Assembly (NCBI GenBank): GCA_047495785.1
Contig: JBLDXI010000019.1
Coordinates: 930,001 to 994,000 of the forward strand
DNA: 64,000 bases
Direction: 5' to 3'
Origin: Lepidodermella squamata
Lineage: Eukaryota; Animalia; Gastrotricha
Every line of letters begins with the position of its first letter. Position 1 is the first letter of the stretch. The notes beneath the pieces were generated by a model, which saw only the letters and a program-made list of their open reading frames with translations, was not told where the DNA came from and did no database searches. Made by a program: the position numbers and the translations under genes. Below are positions 49,101 to 61,300 of the stretch, piece by piece.

Positions 49101-52100
49101 TCCGTAACTTTAAGATCATCTATCGGATTTAGCAGCATCGGATCGCCGTGGATAATCGATAGACCGGTGGTTAAAGAGTCTTCTAGCGTCAGACTGCGAA
49201 TGATAAGGTGGTTGTAGTCGATCTGAATAGCTGGTTTGAATAGCGGTTCAACTTCATCGAGGAGACCAGCCCCTCGAACAATGACGTTATCGAGGATATT
49301 GCCGGGTTTCGAGGTGGCTGTAAATCGCATTCCGGCCCACGTTTGCGGCACGCATGATACCCAAACGTCTTGGCCGTGGTCGCACGTGAATTCCGACGGC
49401 AGGTCGCTGTAACAGGTGTGGAGAGACAAATCATACTGGCGACATCGCATGTTGCTGTAGTGAATTGGCATGGAAGCAGGCGCCCGGGGACGAGATGAAC
49501 GTTTGATCGAGGCTAGAGAGGGTGGATATCCTTCTTCTTGGAACGCCACCGTATCAGGGTGCCAGTCAGTAGGATGAAGCGCGAGTCCCAATGCTTCACA
49601 GACTTTCATTGCTGACTGAAGGCGCCAACCGCGAGAGCAAATTGTACCCCATCCCTTGCCAGGTATGTAGATTTCCAAGCGACCTGAAAGTTGATAAACA
49701 GGAAATAATTATAGTTATTAACTACGGCAAGTTTCAAAATAATTGAAATTTTCAAGTCAGCAGAATTTAAAATATCTGAAAAAAAACAGATTTTTTCTGA
49801 ATTTTTTGCGTTTTGAGTTCAATTTTCAACATATCTTTAGGCTTTCTACTCAATAAATTTCAAGAATTACCTGAAAACTTGTCTGGGCCATCGACTAATC
49901 GAACAGGGCGCAGATGTCTTCGGAGTAAATTAGCCATAGCATTAGTATCGTTGCCAACCTCAGCCAGCACAGTCTCATTCAAAGCATCTCCCAATGGAGG
50001 CGCCCCTGGTTGCGAAAGCCCGGACAACAGATGAATATTCTTTTGAAGATACTCAAAAACGGCAGAAGCATTCGACAAATTAACCGCATCTTTCGGAATC
50101 GGGAGCCCGGGAATATTCGGCTGGTAGATCTCCATGACAACAGGTGCATGGGGCTGACCTCTAACGTAACATCTACCTCGAATTATCATGCCAACATTAG
50201 CCGAAAATTTCAACTTCACGCCAGGTGAGATGTTGATGATGTAATCAGGCGGGATATTAATATCTTGATCAACGATATATTCACCGCCTAGAATCGAAAT
50301 ATCTCGGGTGGCGTTAGTCAAAACTCCACCGAGTAGACCACCTCGAATAAAATCGGGCAAATATTTCGGCAAGTATGACGTGGTATATTCAACGAAAAGC
50401 CGATTATCACTCAGAGCGGGGTAGTATTCGATCGTAGCAAGGTCATATCGACGAGAATGGTCAATAATTCGGTCATAGATGTACTGATGATCAACACGAC
50501 CCCACCAGTTCAACGAGCAGTTGATGGTAGCAGATGATAATCGCAGCATTGTTGACACTTCGTACTTACTCTGAGGGTTGAACATCGCATTTCGGTAGAA
50601 GACTATGTTACTCGATGATAAGACGACCACGGCCGGGGTGTGACTTCGAGGTATCGAATAACCAGGTGGCATTCTTATGTCATTTTGCCGCAAGTCATTC
50701 AAAACAAATGAGACCTGTTGCACAGATGAGCCTTGGACTAATCTGGCGAAAACTGCGAACGGCCCACTGTTATTCACGAATTTGTTCTGTTCTACCGTGA
50801 AATTCACAGGAAGTGAAAATAATTCTCGCATTAATTGCCGGTCATCTGTGTTATCTATTACTAAAGCGCCTCTAGCGTGATCTCGAATCTCGTTGTCCAG
50901 AATTTTTCCGATTGCGTTGACAAGTGGCACCATTTTAATGGCGAAATCTCGATTTTTAAGGAAGACGTTATGATATAAAGTGTAGTTTTGAATCATGTTA
51001 TGCCGTGGGTGATAGCAGCATTCGACAGAAACTCCACCGTAATCGTTTCCTTCAATCCGACTGTCATTAACCATGAACAAAGCGCTCCGGCAATAATTTC
51101 CGAAAAACATCCCCAAGCCGCTCGTATTCAAAATTTCCGAACGCCAAATTTCAAGAGTTTGATTCACCTCAACTCGACTTTGGTTATATTTATAGAGCTG
51201 GAGGTAAACTCCTTTCTCGTCATTTCGATGAATTTTACAGTGATGGAAAACTTGACGACCGCCCGAGTAACTGATATTTGCACCTCCACCTAAATTACCG
51301 ACCAGGCTGGTTCGGTTTAATATCACGTCACCGGCTCCATATATAACTCTCAGGCCGGAATAGCCGTTTTCAGAAAGCTGATTGTCGTTAAGAAGGACTT
51401 GGCCCCTCATGTCTCTGATGTATACGCCTGAGGCCATGTTTCTGTCCATTTTCGATCTATCGACTGTCATTTCCGGGTAGGGATAAGGCGCTGGTCCAGT
51501 AGCGATTTGAATTATGAACCGGATGCAGTCGTCAATGAAGTAACATTGCGGAGCTCGTAACCAACGAAAATCTATCCGCATAACTGGAGATGCTATAATA
51601 ACGGATTGTGGCATTGTTCCGTTCTGCAAATGAATAGTGTGAGCAATACGCTCAAATCCGATTTTTCCAGAATAGAAGTCCAGCCAGCCGTCAGCTTCCG
51701 GGTCGACAAAAACCTCGGAAAAACTGACCATAAACATTAAAGACTGATCAGTGTAATAACTTTGTGAACACGGCGGCGAAGCCTTCGGAGTTCCAACGAC
51801 TAAAAGCGGATAGAACTGGTTTTGATACAAACTTGGGCTTAGGCAGAAATCGACGGCATTCGGAGTTTTCCGTCGATTGTTATTAATTACATCCAACCAA
51901 ATTCCGTGACCTCCATTGTCAGTTATATTCGAATCACTCACAACCATTCTACCGTCTCGTATCGCGGCAAAAATCCCTGATCCTCGATTGTGCTGTAAAG
52001 TGACACCGGATAATATAGCGGTGCTGTCTATGTCAGTTAAGTTGACAGCATCCATCGCTGAATATTTAACGGTAACGTTTCGAAGAATAGGAGCATAAGG

Positions 52101-53085
52101 GCTAGCAGTCAAGGCCGAAATCGGCCGACCTGTATCATCCACGCCGGCGAATTCGATGTCAACGAATTCAAGAACTGATTTAGATTCGTTCAATAACCTG
52201 CGCAGTTCCGGCGTTTTTTGCAAGACGAATGATGAATTGTAGAATGTAATTCCTTTCCAGTAGCCGATATTATTGAAAAGATCTTCTCGAAATCCGAAAC
52301 ATTTCAGCCCGGCAAGTGGTTGTAAATCGCATGCGCCGATGTTTACGGAAATATTGGCATGACCAGGGCAGGTTAAAACTCCGCGGTCATTGGCAGAACA
52401 CGCGGGGTTGTCGAAAACCATTTGAGCAGTGTCGTTATGTCCGTACCACCACCGTGAAATGTTCCACATGGGCTGTTGTGTATAATGGAATGTAAAGTTG
52501 CCGTCGCGGAAGCCCATTTGTCGACAAGCAAATCGAACGTCCGAACGAGTCCAACTAAGTACAGTAATGAGTAAATAATGATTCATAATACTTATAGAAA
52601 TTGCATTACTTCTTGTAATTAGTGCAAACGTCACGCCATCTGTTGCGGTAAAATATTTGCACCCGACCATCTTGTGCATTCACTCCGTCGACGAGTCTGA
52701 TGGTTCTGTCCCAATTCATGTGAGGTTCGATCGATGAATTCAGTAGTCTTGTAAATTTTATATGGGCGTATTGCGAACCCTGAAATCAGCAAATAATTTT
52801 CAATACGAAACGCCCGACGAAAGATTTTCAATTTACCTGTGCCTTCAGGGTGCCGTTGCAGATAATACCGAATCCAGCCGAAAAACTCACGACAACGCCA
52901 GGCTCAATAATCAATGTTCCTTTTGGGGCGATCCGAATGTCGTGATCAAACTGGAATGGGCCATCTCGTGCCAATAAATGCGCTTCTCTTGCTATTGGCT
53001 CCTTGGGATCAAAGTCAAGATGTGCCGATTCGGTAGGAGAGAGACCAACCGCCAAACAGCATAGCAGTATAGACAGTTGGTGCAT
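43186..53085 (-). CDS. bark: Bark beetle/anakonda-like scavenger receptor (SRCR, CUB and beta-helix repeats, C-type lectin, TM), multi-exon
   Basis: Signal peptide; three SRCR starts (IRLVDG, VRLVDGP, VRLHRG); repeated NWWG motifs; C-type lectin; TM segment; C-terminal PLETYM resembling a PDZ-binding end. Confidence 0.9.
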
Positions 53086-53637
53086 CTAGATCAAATTGAT
53101 ATGAAGGGAGAAGGGATATAATAGTCAAATGGGATGCAGGATGCAGGTTTCAGTGAAAATTGGGAGACAACTGAGTTCATTGCAACTCGACTGTGCAGGA
53201 GATAGAAAAGGTAAAGGGTAAAGGTAAGTTTGCTAACTGATGGCTTTAAACGATTTAGACATCGGGAAGGACTTGATTCTTGATTCTTGATTTCCCATTT
53301 TTAGCAGTAGAAGTCTACGAAGAGAAGCTCAAGAGCGGAGAGCGGCTCTTTCAAAACCTTTCTGCTTCAAAGAGCCGTTCAATCAAGCTTTCAAGCTTTT
53401 TGGGACAGACTTTTCAATTCATGCTCAGGGCTAATTTCACATTATTTTCATTTAGATCTATAATAATCAATAAAAGTTAGTTTTTATGATTATAGCAAAT
53501 TTTATTTTTTTGAATTGCCAGTGGCAACGTTGCAGCAATATGACCACACCCACGAGTACTTGCTTAGGCCAATTCATTTTTTTCTCTTTGTTGTCTGTCT
53601 CATCAATTTGTCGGTACATATCGATGGTAGCTGAAAA

Positions 53638-55534
53638 ATGAAGTAAGTTTTACACGCCGGTTTGATTGCTATGATCTCACATACTTAACTGCTGTGTATT
53701 CCCTTTGCACAAATTATTAGTCCGCTCTATGAAACTGAGTACGGCCATGAGCGCAGTGGTAGTAGTGGTCCAAGTACGCCTCAAGGTGAGAGGCGGTTCG
53801 CTTCTTTGACCCAAGAGAAAAGTTCCCATGATACTGATGAGCATATCATCATATCCGATTTCACATCTAAATCCACCACAATTGTGAAATCAGTACAGCA
53901 TGAAAGTGACGATGAGTCTGAAGATGAAACTTCCTCCTCTTCATCCGACGAATCAGTTGAAGTCAAACCAAACGTGTCGATGTCTAGCAGCGATATAATA
54001 GCTGTGAAAGCAAGCCCTCCCGCGGTATCATCAAAAGCTTCATCGTCATCAGAAGAAGAAGAAACTGATGACGATGAATCGAGCAATAACAATCCTCAAA
54101 CGAACGTTCCTGCTGAAAGACCGAAAACCGCTATAATTAGAGCACCCAGCTCTTCTGAAGAAAGCGATGATGACGAAAATGATACAAGACCGTCGCCGGT
54201 GGTACCGCAGAAGAAAGAATCTTCGAGTGAGTCTTCTTCCTCTTCGGAATCGTCCGAGTCAGACGATGAAGAGACGAGTAAGATCGCATCTAAACCAGAA
54301 GTGGTCACCTCTGTCATTGAAACTGAAGTAGCTGCGAAGATTAACTCTAATCAATCAAGCATGCAGTCAAAGCCGCAATCGGTCGCATATGAGGAAGATT
54401 TCGACGACAGCAGCGATGAAGACACGACGAATACAAATAGTCAACTAAAATTCTCGGGAGGAACTGCCTCGGTCACGATAAAATCTGAACATTTCAGTAG
54501 CAGCAAGGCAATAACTGAAACTCAGCAGACTTTCAAAACTCATACCGAGAGCGATGAAGAAAATTCTGCTTATTCTCACGACGTATCTGCTCACGAAGAG
54601 GAACAGTTTCCTCATTACGACGTAGCTTCCAGCGATAGGAAACCAGACTCGCTGGACAGAAAGATATGTGCTAAACCACAACAAAAGCCCTCAACAGCTC
54701 ATTCTAAAGGGTATAAACTAGCCTCCCTTTATTCCGCTGATGTCCTGAGTTGGGTTTTCTGAGTTATGATATAATTTCATTATCTGTGTTACCCTTATAG
54801 TTTATAAGTATACTTGGCGAGCATGAAATTTTTACAATTTGATTTTTATCGCAGTAACTCTCAGCAAAGGCACAATTCTGGAGATGGTCACCCGCATCGC
54901 AGTCGCTCGCCAGGATCCTCGGTGAGTAGACGACCACAGACGGCTAAAGATACATCTCCAATGGTGAGACATAAGCAACCCCAATTAATTGATATTAATT
55001 GATTGCATTTTAGCGTCGATCACTAAGCCCTGTAAAAAAGCTGAGCTACGAAGCCTGGTGCATGGAAAAAGACAGGCAAATCCGAAAAGAGAGAACGGAA
55101 GACAAAAGGCACCAAGAAGAGATTCAATTGCGTTTTCGACCAGTTACCAGAGCCGAAAATGAGGATGCATTCAGAAGGTAGGCTAAAATTATGCGCACCT
55201 AAAAACACAAGTTTAAATATTTATGACATCAATGCCCAGTGCAGATAGAGGTAACCATGTATTGTCTGTGTAGTAATCGATAGAATGTCCGGTTTAGCTA
55301 AGCAACAAAGCTATTTAATATGCGCACCTAAAATCGTACCTAGTTAATATTCATAATCAGCGTGTTTTTTTTGCGGTTTGCAGGTGGCTCCGTGCTAAGC
55401 ATGAACAAAAGAGAGCTGAGGAGGAAGCGGCTGCCAGGCTGCATCGCGAGTTTCTACGCTACATGCGGCAAATCAAGCGAGCACAGAACCGGCGGAATAA
55501 CCAAATATTGGCTAACCTTGCTTATCCACCATGA
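53638..55534 (+). CDS. CCDC181-like protein with long Ser/Asp/Glu-rich N-terminal region, multi-exon
   Basis: Spliced C-terminus YEAWCMEKDRQIRKER..EEIQL..AENEDAFRR|WLRAKHEQKRAE matches the CCDC181/MAP9-type 'AF..WL..K' repeats. The start was inferred via a 5-nt first coding exon. Confidence 0.6.
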
Positions 55535-56379
55535 TGAATTTTGATGAACATTCTTAGATGAATCAGTGATTAACATGCTTTCTTCACATTCCACCTGTAT
55601 TTTTTAATGAACTTTAACTTGATGATCAGTGAGATTTATTTTCAACATCATTCCAACAAAAAATAGTTCTGCTTTTTGTCTCATTTTTCTCTCATGCATG
55701 CAATTTTCATCAGTGTTTTGAGCTATAATTTCTGAAATTGTGACTAATTGGATTTTGCAGTTTTTGCACTGCAGCTAAGCAGTTACGCTGTATTGTATTA
55801 CTACACTGTTATATTTTGATAGGCCCATGATTGTTTGACTGCTTTAAAAGATGCGCTAAAAAACAGAATAAATATGTGTCACTACCGGCCTTCGTTGAAA
55901 TTTGCGTACGAATAACTATCATAATGACTCATCAGCAGCTTGTGGTGTGCTTGGGGAAAACAAATTTTCTATTCTTGGTTGCCTTTATAATACGAGGGAA
56001 CAACCATGGCAGGCTTTTGGGGGCCAACAAGAGACCTCGCGGAAATTACCATGCACCGGCGTCACTAACGTTCGTTGTGTTGTGATACAATATATCCGGC
56101 GAAATACAACGCCTTTACACCGAAAAGCGAGCGCGCAACTTTATCAAATGTGCGCATCAAGCCCGGCAATTATGAGACGAAGAAGCAAGAAAACAACCCA
56201 CTTGGGAAATGAGTTAATTTCGCAATGCAAAATGCAACACACTCAAGTGGGAGGCGATTGGCGACAGCAATCCCATTCAGTTATAAGTCTCCTTATTTAT
56301 CGCCATTAAATATCATGTCCACTATCTCGGACTAAAAACTCTTCAGAAAACAAACACTCCACCGAAAAAAACAACGAAA

Positions 56380-58182
56380 ATGGGCCAGATGAGTGATTGG
56401 GAGATAATGATTCTCTTAATTCTATTTTTGCTGGCGATTGTTGTCATTTCCGTTGTTGTATGCCGGCAACCCGTTTACCAAAACGCTTGTGCCAACATGT
56501 GGAACGCACTGATGCGCATGGCCACGCCACAAAGAGAGCGGCGCCGCAGCCGCTCAACCAGCAAACTGGATGTTCGACGCGGCGAAAGTGCGCAAAACAC
56601 ACCGGCATTAAGCCACAAAGCCATCCCTGTCATTGTATCAAGTCCATCGCTCGATAAAATGTCGCCAAGTTTACTCGACGAGAATACAAATAACAACGAT
56701 AGCAACTCGCAGGCACTTCTCGAGCCGCCCGATTTAAAACGAGCGCCCTCTTGGGTGTCCCTTACAGCGATCGAGGGTGAGTACGACCTGGTGGCAACTG
56801 ACGGCCTGAGTCGTTTGAAGCGAACCTATTCCGCATTGTCAGTCGACGCGAATTCGGCACTAGTGCCAGCTGTGCCCGATCCGATTCACAGCAGCGTCAG
56901 GGCTATGATCGAGGCTTCACTTTGCTTCGACGCTGCGAAAGGCTACCTTAATATTGGCATCGCATACGCTTACATCCTGAATCGCGAAGATTTGAAGCTG
57001 TTCACCGAGTGCTACGTTCGATTAGTCGTTACGCCGATGGTAGCACCACCGGTTAGCCCGTCGCGTTCGCAGTATCGAACGACAAAGGTTGCTAAAATAG
57101 GTGAAGTTGTGGAGATAATTCAAAAATTTCGATTCGATCTGCCGAAGTGCGACTCACTCGACCCTAATAACAGCTACGACCTTGCTAAACTGATGTTCGA
57201 ACTTAATGCCTATGGCAGAGCTCGATCACATACAACAGTCGGTTGGTTTTAGAGTATTGGAAAATATTTCAAAAATAAAGATTTTTTATTTTCAGCAAAA
57301 CGCGAAATGATTCTGGATTCAAACATGCTGCCTAACGGCGATCCGCGAATTGTTATGATACATCTTTATCAACCTTCTTTTCACGATTATTGGGAGCCCC
57401 CGGCTATGGGCGATATACTTGTGTCCCTCTGCTACCAACCAGCGCAGAGCAAATTAACGTTGATCCTACTTCAGCTGAAAAATTTGAATCTGCCTGTGCT
57501 TCAAACGACCTCCAGCAACCGAGCTACGCCAAAACCGCCTCATCGCCACGAGGAGGGCCGCGAAGGGAGCGGGAAGAGACGCGATGGTACGTCAAGTAGG
57601 CGTCGCAGGCGCCGTGAGCGCGAAGAATTACGATCGATCGGCGGCAGTGTCTACCTGAACATCAACGGCGAATCAGTCAGCCGTAAAAAGATGAAAGACG
57701 TGCATTTGTACGAGGAAGATCCGAAGAAGCTCGACCTGCACCAGGTTGTGTTTTTCGAGCTAAGTCCAGACGCTATTCAATGCGCCGAAATTCGCGTCCT
57801 CATCGAGCGCGTCACCGATGATGGCCAACGAAATCTTGTAGGATTTCTCTATATAGGAAATTCCGCGTCTGGAAATGGCCTGTTGCACTGGAAATACATT
57901 ATGGGAACACCTAGAAAGCCGTTTGTTTTGTGGCACACGATCACCAAGTTTCCAGTCGAACCGCGCCCGCCGCCTATTCCGCCACCGCAGCCTGTCGAAT
58001 TCGAGCTCATCAACGAAATTCAGACAGTTGATCTTGCCTCTCAGGTGACAACACCGAAAAAGCCGGCAACCGAGCAGTCTGATCTACCTCAATCTCCACC
58101 ACCTGTTATGCGATTTATTCCGCAACAACTAGCGCCAAAATCAGCCGATTATCGGGCTTTATTGAGTAACAGTCAAGCTTAA
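56380..58182 (+). CDS. Divergent synaptotagmin-like protein (N-terminal TM plus two C2 domains) (exons 56380-57241, 57296-58182)
   Basis: N-terminal TM segment; C2B signatures GDILVSLCYQP..LTLILL..KNL and HWKYIMGTPRKPFVLWHTI. Confidence 0.85.
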
Positions 58183-58378
58183 ACCCCTCCGTTTGATTTG
58201 AGCTTTTCAGCCTAAAAGAATTGTATGATATCTTGTGCGAAATTGATGCATTGTTGTAGATGAAAATAGCATAAACCGAATAAAATCAATTTCTTTATTT
58301 TTCTATCACATTGATGTATTTGAGATCTGATCACACAAAATAATTGATAAATGCTGTTTTGTTGTGAAAAATGTTTTT

Positions 58379-61300
58379 CTAATGAGCGGCCTGTCCACTG
58401 GGCAACTGGGTAACGACAAGGTTCGGCAAGCCGTAGCAGACCATAGTAAACTGCTGTCGAGATGGCCCATCTGGAATCTGGGTAGTAGACGGCTTCGAGC
58501 CATCCCCGCCCGCTGAACCCGGTTGAGGCAATTCGCCGGGAACTGCTAACGAGTCCTGGCGCATATCAGCCTTGGTGTGCTCAGTTTTCGACTTCAAAGT
58601 ATCGGCAACAGTGGCCGCGCCAGTGTTTTTCGGCTCCGGCGGAGGATTCAACACCAAATCGATTCCTTCTTGAGACCTGAAAAATTAGGGAAATTTAATT
58701 AAAAATCTGGTAAAAAACAATTGAAATTTACATGGTATTCATCACTCGGATGACTTGGCCAGTGGTCAACCCAGCGCCTAGTAGCAGGTTGATGATATTA
58801 GCCGTAGACTGGGCCTGATCGGTGACTGATCTCATGCTCCTCGCGCCTACAATACTGCGAATACCCGCAAGCGCCATTAAACCAGCTGCACTGACCGGCT
58901 TTTCAAGCGCTAAATGAATACCCGTTTTCTCCAAGTCGAGTTTCGACTGGCGAGAAACTGAATTAGGAGTTTGTGTCAGATCGAATGACATGAGAAGCCA
59001 GAGACCCGGCGCGCTGAGAATGCCAAGCTTTTCAGGCGATAGCGAGGACGAGATGAACTCAGTGCCGTAGTAAATGAAACCACTAGCGCCGTCTCGAATG
59101 TACGCCTCCCACTCACCCGGGCTCGGGGTGTGATCCGACCCGGTCACGCCTACCCAGCGTTGCATAAAAGAGGTGCCGTATTTTTCGGAGAGGGTCTGGA
59201 AAACAGCGCTAGGCGCCGTGGCTTCTTCTGGCCAGTAGTCGAGCCCAACATCCACAAAATATCTGAACGAATGGGTGTCGACAGGTAAGACACCCACAGC
59301 TGGTAATTGCCGGGAGACGGAAACTTTTTCTAACAAAATTCGAAAAATTGTCTAAAAAGTGTGAAATTTACTTAAAATAGCTAACCAGCTCCTTTTCCTC
59401 CAGCCGGGGGAGCCGCTGGCTTTTTTGCACCAGCCAAATCCCGAAGAGCTGGAACTCGAGATGGTAATTTCGGCGCTTTAGACGTTTTCTTCGCGCCGTC
59501 TTCATCAGTAGCCGCCGGTTCCAGCGTGACGTCGTCCTTGAAGCGGTGCCATAGTAGTTCCATCGAAAAATCGCGACCAATCGCAGCGAATGGGGCACGT
59601 CGAATCAAATCAGCGGCTTCAAGGGGTAACTCGAGGAGGGCTGGATCTGCGACGATCATCAGAGTTTCCGGCGGGTAAGTTTCTGCGGTGGGCGCAACAG
59701 TGGCAGGTGGCGGGGCTGGCGCTGGCGGAACGGGTGATTTCGCACCCTTACCGCCTTTCCCACCATCGCCCGGACCAGCTCCAGTCGCACTGGCCATGCG
59801 AACAGGTCTAAAATAACGAAAAAAAAATAAAAAATAAAAATGAATAATTATTATTCATTCTCAAGGCAAAACCATGCAACACATCAAAAATTAAGGTAGA
59901 TCAGTTATAGTTATTAATCTTCAGGTTCGTTGTCTGAAGGTTTTTCTTCCTCTTCTTCTTCAACTTCATCTTCTTCAGGTACAGTTTCCTCATCTTTGCC
60001 GTACAATGGATTTTCGAATGAAATGTCGCTTTTTGGCTTCCGAGTCTTTCGTAACTTGCTTTTCGAAGCCAATTTTCTGGCTATATTTTGCAGAGAAGAC
60101 GACGCCTGTTGCGGGTCAGATTGATGAATTCGAACTTCAGCCACAGTATCAACTATGTCACTTTCGGCCCAAGTGTCAGTAACTTGGTCAATTTTAGCAA
60201 CGTTTTCCGGTTCATTCGTTGTTCTAGACGGAATTTCTTCCTCATTTTCACCGAAACGAGCGTAGCTCGATGATGGAACAGCTTCTTCAACGATAGTAAT
60301 AGCCTTAGATGCCAGCGCTGATAAACGTGGCTTTAGTTTCAGCTTCCTAGCCCTCTCAGCCAAAGCGCCTGAAACTAGACTAAAACCTCGTGGGAAGGTC
60401 GAATCGTCACTTTGAGGCGGGTCATTCAACTCAGATTGCGTTGGCTGAATCCCGACGGCGTACGAACTAGTTGTCATTTCAAGGGGACTTTCACGCCGAT
60501 TTGTCGCGGTAATGAAATCTCTGATCTGCCGCCCGGAATTCGCCGTGAAGTCAACACAAGCCGCGCCGGCTCGGCGAACTGGTTCGAGCCTATTTCGAAA
60601 CCACATATAGACAGTTAGACCGAAGAGACAGCTGAAAATTGCGACGATCACAGTCACATAAATCGGCGTCGAATTCGTTTCGGATGTTGCCTGAGATGAA
60701 ATTTTCTCCGAATTCGGATGAGTTGCCTCAATACTTCGAACACTCAACTCAGACTCTAAAATCGATATTAAATCTTGTTCCAAGGTCGCGATCCGTCGGG
60801 CTTGAGTTGCCGACGGAAAGTCAGTAATTAAATGGAGAAAAACTGACAGCTGGCCGAGTTTCAAACTTTGCCTAGTTAGAGACATAGTAGCACCAGCGTG
60901 TTGTAGTAACGATGCAATCGAACTAGCCGCCTTGTTAATTCGACTTTCTTGCCGACGAAATCGCTTCAACCGCGAATTCACGCCTGGATTAACAGCAGAC
61001 TCGGCGATTTTTTGCATGAATTCAAATGTGTCGAGATTTTCAGGCAATGCCACGTCGTGAATTAGGCCACATTTATTAGCCAAGGGGCAACAACTTCCGA
61101 ACGGTTTAACCCTGAGTGAATAGCCAGAGGGACATTTAGGAGGCTTATCAGACCTGCAGTCTTCGTCCTCAACGAAAGCGCAAACCATTTCGTTAACCTG
61201 ACTTGAGGCCAGCTCGCAGGTATCAGGTAAGGACGGCAATGTCCTTTCGAAAACAATGCGAGAAAATGAGCTAAGAAAGTTTATTTGACCCATCCCATGA

